Positions 11,365 to 23,915 of a DNA stretch of 64,000 bases are shown here, one piece after another (position 1 is the stretch's first letter; the number at the start of each line of letters is the position of its first letter). Origin of the DNA: Squalus acanthias (lineage: Eukaryota). Location: the NCBI GenBank assembly GCA_030390025.1, contig CM059431.1, positions 134,666,001-134,730,000 of the forward strand, given 5' to 3'. The translations under genes were made by a program, and so were the position numbers. A model generated the notes under the pieces. The model was not told the DNA's origin. It worked only from the letters and a program-made list of their open reading frames with translations, and searched no databases.

Positions 11365-12129
11365 AGGCCAAAAATTCGGCCCTTGCCGGGTGAGTTCGCA
11401 CTGTGTACTCACCCGTAAGGCCTCCTGAAGTGCTGGTTTCCTGCATGCATTGCGCATGCGCAGGAAACCGGAACTTCCGGTCTGGTGAAGGGAGCGGTTC
11501 ATAGGTGAACCGCGTGCGTGGTAGAGGCTGCGCGCATGCAGCAAACTTAGGTTTTTTTTCAGGTTTCTCCGGGAGGGTAAGTATTGAAGAACCTGCGCTT
11601 TTAAAAAGGAGGCGCAGGACCCGTTTTCAACAAGGTAAGTGGTTAATTAATTATAATTTAAAAAATTTTTCAACAGGTTTATCTTTTTTAGATACTTTAA
11701 AGAAAGGTAAGTTTATTTTTAGCACTGTTAAAAAGTATTTTAATTTTTTCAAAAATTTAAATTTTTGTTTAAAGTAGTTAATTTATTTAACTTATAGTTA
11801 TTTTGTAAATGTGATGGGTTTTTAAAAAATTATTTTAAGTTTAGTTGTTCTTTTGGGGCTGATTTCAATTCATAGATTTGACAGGTCTTCCTGTCAAATC
11901 TATGAATGAAAGATGGTCTGCTGCCATTGGCTCTCCATGGCCCACGTGATCCCAGGGGACGCATCGCACTAACTACGCCCCTGGGACACGCAAGCACTGC
12001 GCGCCGGCACTTGGAGCAGGCCCAGGAGCTGAAGTTCCCGTGGGCCCAGAGGTCAACGGCAAGCGCGGTAGGTAAGTGCGCGCGCGATCCTTACCCCCGT
12101 GGCAAGCCGGAGAGGCGAATTTCAGGGCC
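11365..12129. mobile_element. Harbinger MITE with AT-rich core and 18-bp hairpin
   Basis: aggccaaaaattc / gaatttcagggcc ends and TSD AAT. A sister copy is inverted at 58147-58913. Confidence 0.85.
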
Positions 12130-12904
12130 AATATATGGGACAGGTCAAATCGCTTCCTAAATTAAAGGTATATTTTCCCATATCCTCCAGATCCATAGCC
12201 ATCTCAAAATAATTCAATAAATTAGTTAAGCATGACCTGCTGCTCCTGAAACCATGCTGCTTATCTCTAGTTAGCCTCTGTATCTCAAGATAATTACACT
12301 ATACCACATCAATTTCAAAAAAAATCCTGACAATCAAGTGTTACAGGTCTGTAATTTGAAGCTTCGCCCTTGGCCTTTTATAAAATATGAAGCACCAGTC
12401 CCCTGCAATATAACCCAAGTCCAGTGAGTTTTGAAAAATACCGCTGATGGGATTCATAGAATCATAGAAATTTACGGCACAGAAGAAGGCCATTCGGCCC
12501 ATCGTTTCTGTGCCGGCCGAAAAAGAGCTATCCAGCCGAATCCCACTTCCCAGCGCTTGGTCCGTAGCCCTGTAGGTTACAGCACTTCAAGTGCATATCC
12601 AAAGACCTTTTAAATGTGATGAGGGTTTCTGCCTCTACCACCCTGTCAGGCAGTGTGTTTCAGACCCCCACCACCCTCTAGGTAAAAAAAATTCTCCTCA
12701 GCTCCCCTCTAATCCTTCTACCAATTACTTTAAATCTATACCCCATGGTTATTGACATCTCTGCTAAGGGAAATAGGTCCTTCGTATCCACTCTATCGAG
12801 GCCCCCCATAATTTTATACACCTCAATTAAATCTCCCAGAAGCCTCCTCTGTTCCAAAGAAAACAACCCCAGCCTATCCAATCTTTCCTCATAGCTAAAT
12901 TCTC

Positions 12905-15377
12905 TTTTTTTTATTTGTTCATGCGATGTGGGCGTTACCGGCATGGCCAGCATTTATTGCCCATCCCTAATTGCCCTTGAGGAGGTGCTGGTGAGCCATC
13001 TTCTTGAACCGCTGCAGTCCGTGTGGTGAAGGTACTCTCGTAGTGCTGTTAGGGAGGGAGTTCCAGGATTTTGACCCAGCGACGATATATTTCCAAGTCA
13101 GCATGGTGTGCGAGGTTTGGGAGGTGCTGCCGAAGAAGCCTTGGCGAGTTGCTGCAGTGCATCTTGTAGATGATACACACTGCAGCCACGGTGCGTCGGT
13201 GGTGGAGGGAGTGAATGTTTAAGGTGGTGGATGGGGTGCCAAATCGAGCGGGCTGCTTTGTCCTGGATTGTGTCAAGCTTTTTGAGTGTTGTTGGAGCTG
13301 CACTCATCCAGACAAGTGGAGAGTATTCCATCACACTCCTGACTTGTGCCTTGTAGATGGTGGAAAGGCTTTGGGGAGTCAGGAGGTGAGACACTCGCCG
13401 CAGAATACCCAACCTCTGACCTGCTCTTGTTGCCACAGTATTTATGTGGCTGGTCCAGTTAAGTTTCTGGTCAATGGTGACCCCCAGGATGTTGATGGTG
13501 GGGGATTCGGCGATGTTAATGTCGTTGAATGTCAAAGGGCGGTAGTTAGGCGCTTGCTTGTTGGAGATAGTCATTGCCTGGCACTTGTGTGGCGCGAATG
13601 TTACTTGCCACTTATCAGCCGAAGCCTGAATGTCGTCCAAGTCTTGCTGCATGCGGGCATGGACTGCTTTATTATCTGAGGAGCTGTGACTGGAACTGAA
13701 CACTGTGCAGTAATCATCGAACATCCCCACTTCTGACCTTATGGTGGAGGAAGGTCATTGATGAAGCAGTTGAAGATGGTTGGGCCTAGGACACTGCCCT
13801 GAGGAACTCCTGCAGTGGTGTCCTGGGGCTGAGATGATTGACCTTGACCTCCAACAACCACAACCATCTTCTTTGTACTAGGTATGTCTCCAGCCAGTGG
13901 AGAGCTTTCCCCCTAATTCCCATTGACTTCAATTTTACTAGGGCTCCTTAATGCTACAAATGCGACCTTGATGTCAAGGGCAGTCACTCTCACCTAACCT
14001 CCAGACTTCAGTTCTTTTGTCCATGTTTGGACCAAGGTTGTAATGAGGGCTTGAGCCGAGTGGTCCTGGCGGTACTTAAACTGAGCATCGGTGAGCAGGT
14101 TATTGGTGAATAAGAGCCACTTGATAGCACTGTTGATGACACCTTCCATCACTTTGCTGATGATTGAGAGTAGACTGATGCGGTGGTAATTGGTTGGATT
14201 AGATTTGTCCTGCTTTTTGTGGTCAGGGCATGCCTGGGCAGTTTTCCACATTGTCGGCTAAGTGCCAGTGTTGTAACTGTACTGGAACAGCTTGGCTAGA
14301 GGCGCAGCTAGTTCTGGAGCACAAGTCTTCAGCACGACAGCCAGGATGTTGTTGGGGCTCATAGTCTTTGCTGTATCCAGTGTCCTCAACCATTTCTTGA
14401 TATCACGTGGAGTGAATCGAATTGGCTGAAGACTGGATTCTGTGATGGTGGGGACCTCAAGAGGAGGCCGAGATGGATCATCCACTCAGCACTTCTGGCT
14501 GAAGATGGTTACAAACGTTTCAACCTTGCCTTTTGCACTCACGTGCTGGGCTCCGCCATCATTAAGGATGGGGATATTCATGGAGCCTCCTCCTCGCCTT
14601 AGTTGTTTAACTGTCTACCACTATTCACAACTGGATGTGGCAGGACTGAAGAGCTTTGATCTGATCCGTTGATTGTGGGATCGCTTAGCTCTGTCTATAG
14701 CATGCTGCTTCTGCTGTTTAGCATGCATGTAGTCCTGTGTTGCAGCTTCCCCAGGTTGTCACCTCATTTTTAGGTACGCCTGATGCCGCTCTTCTACACT
14801 CCTTATTGAACCAGGGTTGGTCCCCTGGCTTGATGGTAATGGTAGAATGAGTGATATGCTGGGCCATGAGGTTACAGATTGTGGTTGAATACAATTCTGC
14901 TGCTGATGATGGCCCACAGCACCTCATGGATGCCCAGTTTTGAGCTGCTAGATCTGTTCTGAATCCATCCCATTCAGCACGGTGGTAGTGCCACGCAACA
15001 CGATGGAGGGTGTCCTCAGTGTGAAGACGGGACTTTGTCTCCACAAGGACTGTGTGGTGGTCACTGCTACCAATACTGTCATGGACAGATACATCTGCGA
15101 CATGTAGATTGGTGAGAACGAGGTAAAGTAGGTTTTTCCCTCATGTTGGTTCTCTCACCACCTTTCACAGGCCCAGTCTGACAGCTATGTCCTTCAGGAC
15201 TCGGCGAGCTCGGTCAGTAGTGGTGCTACCGAGCCACTCTTGGTGACAGACATTGAAGTCCCCCACCCAGAGTACGTTCTGTGCCCTTGCAACCCTCAGT
15301 GCTTCGTCCAAGTGGTGTTCAACATGGAGGAATACTGATTCATCAGCTGAGGGAGGGTGGTAGGTGGTAATCAGCAG
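12905..15377 (-). mobile_element. 5'-truncated CR1/L2-superfamily LINE with poly(A) tail, nested in CR1
   Basis: T-run at 12905, RT and EN remnants (MEYSPLVW, GDFNV), and a TSD of about 13 bp, agctaaa(a)ttctc, on both sides. Confidence 0.85.
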
Positions 15378-16214
15378 AGCTAAAATTCTCCAGTCTTGGC
15401 AACTTCTTCGTAAATCTCCTCTGTACCCTCTCTAGTGTAATCACATCCTTCCTGTAATGCGGTGACCAGAACTGTACGCAGTACTCAAGCTGTGGCCTAA
15501 CTAGTGTTTTATACAGTTCTAGCATAACATCCCTGCTCTTATATTCTATGCCTCGGCTAATAAAGGAAAGTATCCCGTATGCCTTCTTACCGCCTTATCT
15601 ACCTGTCCTGCTACCTTCAGGGATTTGTGGACATGCACTCCAAGGTCCCTCTGTTCCTCTACACTTCTCAGTATCCAACCATTTATTCTGTATTCCCTTG
15701 CCTCGTTTGTCCTCCTCAAATGCATTACCTTACACTTCTCGAGATTGAATTCCATTTGCCACTTTTCTGCCCACCTGACCAGTCCATTGATATCTTCCTG
15801 CAATCTACTGCTTTCTTCCTCACTAACAACCACACGGCCAATTTTTGTATCATCTGCAAACTTCTTAATCATGCCTCCTACATTGAAGTCTAAATCATTG
15901 ACATATATCACAAAAAGCAAGGGTCCTCATACTGAGCCCTGCGGAACCCCACTGGAAACAGCCTTCCAGTCACAAAAACACCCGTCGACCATTACCCTTT
16001 CCTTCCTACCACTGAGCCAATTTTGGATCCAATTTACCACTTCCCCTTGGATCCCATGGGCTTTTACTTTTCTGACGAGTCTGCTAAGTGGAACCTTGTC
16101 AAAAACCTTGCTAAAATCCATGCAGACTACATCAAACGCACTACCCTCATTGACTCTCCTTATGACCTCAAAAAATTCAATCAAGTTAGTCAGACACGAC
16201 CTTTCTTTAACATA

Positions 16215-18285
16215 AATGAGAAGTCGCACAACACCAGGTTATAGTCCAACAGATTTATTTAATTTTACAAGCTTTCGGAGCAGTTCGCTCCTTCGTCAGG
16301 TAAGTTTAGCAGTGAGAGAATCTCCCAGAATTCACAATTTAAACACAGACAAAATATATTCAAATCTTTCCTACATCAAAGAGCACAGCCAAGACAATGA
16401 GATGTGTCCCAGGGGGTCCAACGTGTCAAACCACCTGCTGGCTGCATATCCTGTCAATCTGTGTAGGTTCTTGTGTTAGCCTTTTTTAAAAAAAAACACC
16501 TGGGAAGACCGGCCATGATGTCAAGTCACGTTCTGTATCGTGACATGAACCCGATATCGCGATTGAGGCCATCCTCATGAGTGCGGAACTTGGCTATCAG
16601 TTTCTGCTCTATGATTTTGCGCTGTCGTGTATCTCGAAGGCCGCCTTGGAGAACGCTTACCCGCATATCCGAGGCTGAATGCCCCTGGCTGCTGAAGTGT
16701 TCCCCGACTGGGAGGCAACCCTCCTGCCTGGCGATTGTTGCGCGGTGTCCGTTCATACGTTGTCTCAGTGTCTGCATGGTCTCGCCGATGTACCATGCTC
16801 TGGAGCATCCTTTACTGCAACGTATCAGGTAGACAACGTTGGCCGAGTCACATGAGTATGTACCGTGTACCTGGTGGGTAGTGTCCTCACGTGTGATGAT
16901 GGTATCTGTGTCCATGATTTGGCATGTCTTGCAGAGGTTGCCGTGGCAGGGTTGTGTGGTGTCTTGGTTGCTGTTCGCCTGAAAGATGGGTAATCTGCTG
17001 CGAACGATGGTACTTTTGAGGTTAGGCGGCTGCTTGAAGGCGAGTAGTGGAGGCGTGGGGATGGCCTTAGCAAGGTGTTCGTCGTCATCGATGACATGTT
17101 GAAGGCTGCGAAGAACATGGCGTAGTTTTTCCGCTCCGGGGAAGTACTGGACGACGTAGGGTACTCTGTTGGTTGTGTCCCGTGTTCGTCTTCTGAGGAG
17201 GTCTATGCGGTTTTTCGCTGTGGCCCGTCGGAACTGTCGATCGACGAGTCGAGCGTCATATCCCGTTCTTACGAGGGCGTCTTTCAGTGTCCGTAGGTGT
17301 CCATCGCGTTCCTCCTCGTCTGAGCAGATCCTGTGTATTCGCAGGGCTTGTCCATAGGGGATGGCTTCTTTAACGTGGTTAGGGTGGAAGCTGGAGAAGT
17401 GGAGCATCGTGAGGTAGTCTGTGGGCTTGCGGTAGAATGAAGTGCTGAGGCGTCCGTCTTTGATGGAGATTCGTGTGTCCAAGAATGAAACCGATTCTGA
17501 GGAGTAGTCCATGGTGAGTTTGATGGTGGGATGGAACCTGTTGATGCTATCGTGTAGTCCTTTCAGTGATCCTTCGCCGTGGGTCCAAAGGAAGAAGATG
17601 TCGTCGATGTATCTGGTGTACAGCGTTGGTTGGAGGTCCTGTGCAGCGAAGAAGTCTTGCTCGAACTTGTGCATGAAGATGTTGGCGTATTGGGGTGCGA
17701 ATTTGGTCCCCATGGCTGTTCCGTGTGTTTGGGTAAAAAAATGGTTGTCGAAGGTGAAGACATTGTGGTCAAGGATGAAGCGGATGAGTTGTAGGATGGC
17801 GTCCGGAGATTGGCTGTTGTTGGTGTTGAGTACTGAGGCTGTCGCAGCGATGCCGTCATTGTGGGGGATATTGGTGTAGAGTGCCGATACGTCCATTGTG
17901 ACGAGGAGTGTTCCTGGTTCAACTGGTCCATGGGTGCTGAGTTTCTGCAAGAAGTCTGTAGTGTCGCGACAGAAGCTGGGGGTTCCCTGTACGATGGGTT
18001 TCAGGATGCCCTCGACGTACCCAGAGAGGTTCTCACACAGGGTTCCGTTGCCTGATACGATAGGACGTCCGGGTGGGTTGGCTTTGTGTATCTTTGGGAG
18101 GCAGTAAAAGTCTCCTACGCGGGGAGTACGTGGGATGAGAGCGCGTAGGATGTTTTGAAGGTCTGGATCGAAGGTCTTGATCAGTCTATTGAGTTGGCGG
18201 GTGTGTTCTTTGGTCGGATCTGCGGGTAGCTGTCTGTAGTGTTCCTGGTTGTCCAGTTGTCGGTATGCTTCTTTGCAATAGTCCA
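16215..18285 (-). mobile_element. 5'-truncated Penelope-like retroelement
   Basis: 12-bp TSD ttctttaacata at 16203-16214 and 18286-18297, an RT plus GIY-YIG ORF, and a hammerhead in the terminal region. Confidence 0.95.
16265..16303 (-). ncRNA. Minimal type I hammerhead ribozyme
   Basis: UUAC-CUGACGA-A-GGAGC(GAACU)GCUCC-GAA-AGCU-U^GUAA: intact core, 5-bp stem II, palindromic stem III and 4-bp stem I. Confidence 0.85.
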
Positions 18286-18286
18286 T
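16526..18286 (-). CDS. Penelope RT + GIY-YIG endonuclease, open 586-aa frame (N-terminally truncated)
   Basis: LPKIHK..PGRPIVS, TMDVSALYTNI, GTAMG, RYIDD, a CxxC linker and VVYLIRC...YIGET. Confidence 0.93.
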   Translation of the reverse strand: MDYCKEAYRQLDNQEHYRQLPADPTKEHTRQLNRLIKTFDPDLQNILRALIPRTPRVGDFYCLPKIHKANPPGRPIVSGNGTLCENLSGYVEGILKPIVQGTPSFCRDTTDFLQKLSTHGPVEPGTLLVTMDVSALYTNIPHNDGIAATASVLNTNNSQSPDAILQLIRFILDHNVFTFDNHFFTQTHGTAMGTKFAPQYANIFMHKFEQDFFAAQDLQPTLYTRYIDDIFFLWTHGEGSLKGLHDSINRFHPTIKLTMDYSSESVSFLDTRISIKDGRLSTSFYRKPTDYLTMLHFSSFHPNHVKEAIPYGQALRIHRICSDEEERDGHLRTLKDALVRTGYDARLVDRQFRRATAKNRIDLLRRRTRDTTNRVPYVVQYFPGAEKLRHVLRSLQHVIDDDEHLAKAIPTPPLLAFKQPPNLKSTIVRSRLPIFQANSNQDTTQPCHGNLCKTCQIMDTDTIITREDTTHQVHGTYSCDSANVVYLIRCSKGCSRAWYIGETMQTLRQRMNGHRATIARQEGCLPVGEHFSSQGHSASDMRVSVLQGGLRDTRQRKIIEQKLIAKFRTHEDGLNRDIGFMSRYRT

Positions 18287-18487
18287 TCTTTAACATATCC
18301 ATGCTGACTCTCCTTCATTCATCTGCGCCTTTCTAAATTACGATTAATACTGTCCTTCAGAATTTTTTCCAATAATTTGCCCACCACCGAGGTTAGGCTG
18401 ACAGGCCTGTAATTACTTGGTCTATCCCTTTCTCCCTTCTTAAACAACAGTATTTCCTCCCTTGCTGCTCTTAACAGCCTGGGATAT

Positions 18488-18883
18488 TCCCTCAAGTTTA
18501 GAAGAATGAGAGGTGATCTCATTGAAACATACAAAATTCTTACAGAGCTTGACAGGGTAGATGCAGGGAGGATGTTTCCCCTGGCAGGGGAGTCTAGAAG
18601 CAGAGGTCACAGTCTCAGAATAAGGGGTCGGCCATTTAAGACTGAGATGAGGAGAAATTTCTTCACTCAGAGGGTGATGAATCTTTGGAATTCTCTACCC
18701 CAGAGGGCTGTGGAGGCTCAGTCGTTGAGTATATTCAAGACAGAGATCGATAGATTTTTGGATATTAAGGGAATCAAGGGATATGGGAATAGTGCAGGAA
18801 AGTGGAGTTTAGGTAGAAGATCAGCCATGATCTTATTGAATGACGGAGCAGGCTCGAGGGACCAAATGTTATTATGTTCTTAT
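18488..18883 (+). mobile_element. CR1 3' fragment inserted in opposite orientation
   Basis: Encodes RRMRGDLIETYKIL...RNFFTQRV.NLWNSLP and is flanked by a ggatat duplication. Confidence 0.85.
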
Positions 18884-19813
18884 GGATATATTTCATCCGG
18901 GCCTGGCGATTTATCTATTTTCAAAGATGCTAAACCCCTTAATATTTGCTCTCTCACTGTTTATCCCATCCAATATTTCACACTTCTCCTCCTTAACTAC
19001 TTTGTCTGCAGCGTCCCCCTCTTTTGTGAAGACAGAGGCAAAGTATTCAATAAGAACCATACCCACGTCTTCCGCCTCAACACAGAGGTTACCTTTTTGG
19101 TCTCGAAGAGGCCCTACTCTTTCCTTCATTATCCTCTTGCTTTGTATGTATTTATAAAAACATATTTGTGTTTTCCTTGATTTTAATTGCCAATATTTTT
19201 TCATGTCCTCTGTTTGTTTATTATTTTCCTTTTTAATTTCATCCCTGCACTTTCTATACTCCTCTAGGCATTCTGCAGTACTGAGTTCTCGATATCTGAA
19301 ATATGCTTCCCTTTTTTGTCTGTATGGTCCTTGACATCCAGGGGCCCTAGATTTGGAAGTCCCACTCTTTTACTTTGTGGGAACGTATTTGCTCTGAACC
19401 CTCACTATCTCCTCCTTGAATGCCTCCCACTGCTCTGACATTGATTTACCTTAAAGTTGCTGTTTTCAGTCAATTTTGGTTAAATCACATCTCAGCTTAG
19501 TAAAATTGGCCTTTCCCCAATTCAGAACTTTTATTCCTGGTCTATCTTTGTCCTTTTCCATAACTACGCTAAGTCTAACTGAATTATGATCACTACCACC
19601 CAAATGCTCTCCCACTGATACCCCTTCCACCTGCCCAGCTTCATTCCTTAAAACTAAGTCCAGAATTGCCCCCTATCTTGGCCTTGCAATGTACTGGCTA
19701 AAAAAGTTCTCCTGAATGCATTTTAAGAACTCTGCGCCCTCTATATCTTTTACACTGATATTATCCCAGTTAATATTTGGGGAGTTGAAATCCCCTACTA
19801 TTACTGCCCAATT

Positions 19814-20521
19814 GGGGGAAAAATTGGGTCGCGCCCCCTTTGGGGCGCTAACTTTGCCGGGACGCTAAAAGTAGTGCCCCCGTGCCCGAAATTCACCGGT
19901 AGCGCCCCAAGAGGGAGGCGGGGTGCTACTGGAAGTGCCCCGCCTCCCTCTTAGGGCGCTGCGAGTGAATATAGCGGTGCAACGTACCGCAGCGCCGGTA
20001 CTGCAGGCCTTCCTCCCCTTCTTAAAGGGGAGGGGCCTAGCCCCAGGGCCCAGCTGGGTCACCAGGGATCGGAGTGCCGGCAAAAGAGCCTGGCACTCAA
20101 GAGAAGTGCTGGGCTCACGGAACGCAGCCGGCACTCCGCGGGGGAGCTGGTCAGGAGGCCGGGGACGGCAATGGGGGCAGGTGCTGGCAGGCGGCCAGCA
20201 ACAAAAATAGCTGCCCGGCACCATCCCTTTAATTTGCGCCGCCCCGGCCGCAGGTAGGCCCCCTTGACTCTGTCAGACATAGCGTCCGGCGATAAGTCAG
20301 GGGGTGCTACCGAAGATCGCAGCTGGTGCATGAGCGGGGCGCTGCACACGGCGAAGACGTCATCACCGGTGGCTCAGCACCGCGGGGTGCTAACGGTTAC
20401 CGCTGCCGCTAACCTCCCGCTGAATTTTGCAGGAGGCGTTAGCGGCACCGCACCCAGGCGCTAGTTGCTTTGCGCCTTAGGGCGCTAACGGGAGGCGCAA
20501 ATCAACTGAATTTTTCCCCCC
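19814..20521. mobile_element. Harbinger family-A MITE
   Basis: gggggaaaaatt / aatttttcccccc ends, TSD ATT, and subtermini matching 251-4423. It sits within the CR1 endonuclease. Confidence 0.9.
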
Positions 20522-21712
20522 ATTGTTTTTGCACTTCTCAGAAATTTGCCTACATATTTGCTCTTCTATCTTCCTCTCATTCTTTGGGGTTTTATAGTAC
20601 ACTCCCAGCTGTGTGATTGTCCCTTTTTTGTTCTTCAGTTCAACCCATATAGCCTCATTTGATGATCCTTCTACATATCATCCCTCCTGACAGCTGTAAT
20701 TGTTTCTCTAATCAATATTGGGACACCGCCCCCCTTCTTTTTTTATCCCCCTCTCTATCTCGTCTGTAAGCCCTGTATCCAGGAATGTTGAGCTGCCATT
20801 CCTGCCCTTCTTTAAGCCATGATATCATACTTCTACGTGTCTATCTGTGCCCTCAGCTCATCTGCCTTATTCACTAGAGTCCTTGCAATGTAGTAAATAC
20901 CATTAAGCACTGCCAAACTCCCTTGTCATCTATTTTCTAGCCTTTCTAGCCTTTGTTTCCTCTGCCTTCCAAACTCATTACTAATTTTCTGCCTTCCATT
21001 TCCAGCTTTGCTTCACTCCCTTCTGAATCAATTCTCAGGTTCCCATCCCCCTGCCAAGCTAGTTTAAAACCTCTCCAACAGCACTAGCAAACCTCCCTGT
21101 GACGATATGGGTCCTGGCCCTGTTGAGGTGCAACCCGTCCGGCTTGTACAGGTCTCACCCTCCCCCAGAACCAGTCCCAATGCCTCAGGAATCGAAAGCC
21201 CTGCCCCCTCCAGCACCATCTCTCCAGCCACGCATTCATCTGCTCTGTCCTCCTATTTCTGTATTCACTAGCGTGTGGCACCGGGAGTAATCTGGAGATT
21301 GCTAACTTCGAGATCCTGCTTATTAATCTCTTTCCTAGCTCCCTAAAATCTGCCTGCAGGACCTCATCCCTCTTTCTAACCATGTCATTGGTACCGATAT
21401 GGACCACGGCCTCTGGCTGTTCACCCTCCCCCCTCAGAATGTCCTGCAGCCGCTCAGTGACATCCTTGACCCTAGCACCAGGGAGGTAACATACCATCCT
21501 GGAATCACGTCTGCGGTCACAGAAATGCCTGTGTGTTCCCCTAACTATTGAATCTCCTAGCACTATTGCTTTCCCTACCTTTCTCCCCCTCCCCGTACAG
21601 CTGAGCCACCCATGGTGCCGTGGACTTGGCTCTGGCTGTACGTCCCAGAGGAACCATCACCCTCACCAGTATTTAGAACAATACCAATTAGAGAGCAAGG
21701 TGCACTCAGGGG

Positions 21713-21853
21713 CAATGTTCCCTTTGAGCTGTGCAGTTGCGTGGCCGTGCAGCATTCTGGACCTCCCGTGCAGCCAGCTCGGTGGATTTTCAATGGGAAA
21801 AACCGTGCATGTGCGGTTTTTTGAATGGGCCCCACAGATTAACGGGAACATTT
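21713..21853. mobile_element. Small hAT-type MITE (TIR CAATGTTCCC)
   Basis: caatgttccc...gggaacattt ends and an imperfect 8-bp TSD ctcagggg/ctcaagga. A sister copy is at 27012. Confidence 0.7.
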
Positions 21854-22488
21854 CTCAAGGAACGCCTGCACTACCTGCCTGGTCCTCCTTGTCTGTCTGG
21901 CCATCACCCATTCCCTCTCTGCCTGCACACTCTTAAGTTGCAGGTGACCACCTCCTGAATCGTGCTATCCACGTAGCTCTCAGCCTCGCGGATGCAATGC
22001 AGTGATGCCAGCTGTCACAATCTCTTGAGCCAATTCCTTAAGAACCCTGGGATAAACGTTGTCAGATCCCAACACCTTACCTACTTTGGACTTCTGGAAC
22101 CTCCCCAGTATATTCTCCCTTTCAACTTTAGAAGCTGGATTTTGTTTGCGTTCAGTCGGACCATTTTCTTGTTGACTTCAGAAACTTTTCAAAAGGGATT
22201 TAAATGCATTAAAATTGACCAAAGTAGGAATTTAGCATAAAAAACTGTAGTGAGCATCAAGAAACTCAACTGAGGTACTCAACTCTATCCATTTGTGTGA
22301 AAACAAGTACCAATATGGAATCTTTGTCAACTGCAATATAATTCTTGAAAAATATATTCAACTTCTAATAATTAGGACAACTCAAAATCACACCTCCAAT
22401 TATATTTATAGGAAAAACTATATTAAAATCTCAAACTATCGGATCTGGTACATACCACATCTTACTGTACACAAAATATAAAGCATAC

Positions 22489-22653
22489 CATGAAAACTGC
22501 CTTCTGAAAAAATCCTGCTGCATCCATTATCTTTTGAAGGATGATGGTTTCCAACTCTTCAGGGTCCAACTCATCAATATTAAAGGGAATACCATTAAAG
22601 AGACCTTGTGGCAGTGAACCCAAGCCAGTGGTTTTGTAAAAGTTTGCTCCTGC
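22489..22653 (-). CDS. UGGT2: UGGT2-like coding exon (AGANFYKTTGLGSLPQGLFNG...FFQKAVFM)
   Basis: 165 nt, tag acceptor, gtatgc donor. The AGAxFYKxTGLG motif is closer to UGGT2 than UGGT1 as recalled. Confidence 0.92.
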
Positions 22654-23628
22654 CTATTCAAATCAGAAATAAGACAGACATTAATAAAGAATTTACTCTA
22701 TACAACAAAAACATTCTTATACATATTACTACACCAGTGTTATTCAAATAGAAGTCAGCTTGATGTTGTGTGTAGTGTGCAGTATAGAAACATTGGTCAA
22801 TGTTCTGTTTAAACACTATTTTATTAATTGTAACAAACATTGTAAATATGTTCAAACAGACCTGGTGAGTAAAATCGCTGCTCTTTCCGGCATTGAGTCA
22901 TACAGACCAGAACGTTCCAGGTCCACTTCCCATGCTGTGCTGAGTTAACTGATCTTAATAATAGTTGGGGTATTATAATTGGCCTCTTGGATTAGTGCAA
23001 AAAAGAAAAATCAGATGGGCTTTCCACTCCTGGGAACAATCTAGGTGCTACATCTGGGAAAGTATAGGTGTGTGGATGTCACGAGAAAAAGATCAGGCTC
23101 AGCTTTAACACCTTTTAGGTTGTTAACTCTCACTGTGTAGGTTCATACATGTGGAGTGGCATTTGGGCAAGTACTTGAGAGCTGCCACCAGTCCTGGGAC
23201 TGTACTTCAGGAAAGGGAGAAAATCAGAAAAAAACTTTAAACTTACTGCAGGATAAAAATAAAACCTTACCAGCAAGTTAATGTACACAAAAGACTGACT
23301 ACATACTACTGGAAAATGTTCTTAACACTGTGCAATCAGCTAACAATTTTAACGGGTTTGGCTCTGCATTTAGTATCAAGTGAATGCAAGAGATTGTAGC
23401 TAAAGTGTTCGACTTCCTTGCCAACATGGTGGGTCTTCATTTTTTTTGCAGCATTCAACAACGGTGGAAGTTTAGGGCATAAAGCTATAACTTGTGACTG
23501 ACTGGCACAGCACGTTAAAATATTGTTTATCTCTGGGACTTGCATTTAAATCTGGGACTTGCATTTAAATCCAGGCCAGAGTGATAGAGATATTAGCATA
23601 GCTCAGAAACAACACTTAGACCACTTGC

Positions 23629-23760
23629 CTTTCTTTGGTCATCAAATTCAGAATCAACATCCAAGATATTTTGAACATCAACTCGTGGGTACTTCTTTTT
23701 CATAAAACTGGCCACATTGTCTACAATAAGTGTTTCCCCATCTTGTACTTTATTGTATAT
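23629..23760 (-). CDS. UGGT2: UGGT2-like coding exon (IYNKVQDGET...DSEFDDQRK), GC donor
   Basis: tttcttgcag acceptor, 132 nt. It ends AAG|GCAAGT (GC-AG intron), which gives the phase 0 the next exon needs. Confidence 0.88.
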
Positions 23761-23915
23761 CTGCAAGAAAGAGAATAGTGTTAACAGCTGGAACAACATT
23801 AAAAGTGTGGCTTTAATTTTACTTTTATATTGCTAGGCCATATACTTCTTACCATAACTAATTGAACAAGGTGAGCTCATTAGGAAGAACAATTCACAAA
23901 TAAGGCATTAGACAT

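Larger units (their letters stand above)
12456..22015 (-). mobile_element. Near full-length CR1 LINE (ORF1 SGNH esterase, APE, RT, ATTCTATG tail) split by five insertions
   Basis: Tail catagaatcatagaa at 12456, RT FADD at 15546-16213, endonuclease at about 19500-20900, and ORF1 GDSIVR/VHIGTND at 21084-21563. Confidence 0.85.

Noticed and set aside
22870..23215. Old SINE-like repeat similar to about 24690-24900
   Set aside because: Too degraded to assign a family or boundaries.
23533..23572. 19-bp tandem duplication
   Set aside because: Ordinary local slippage with no further structure.
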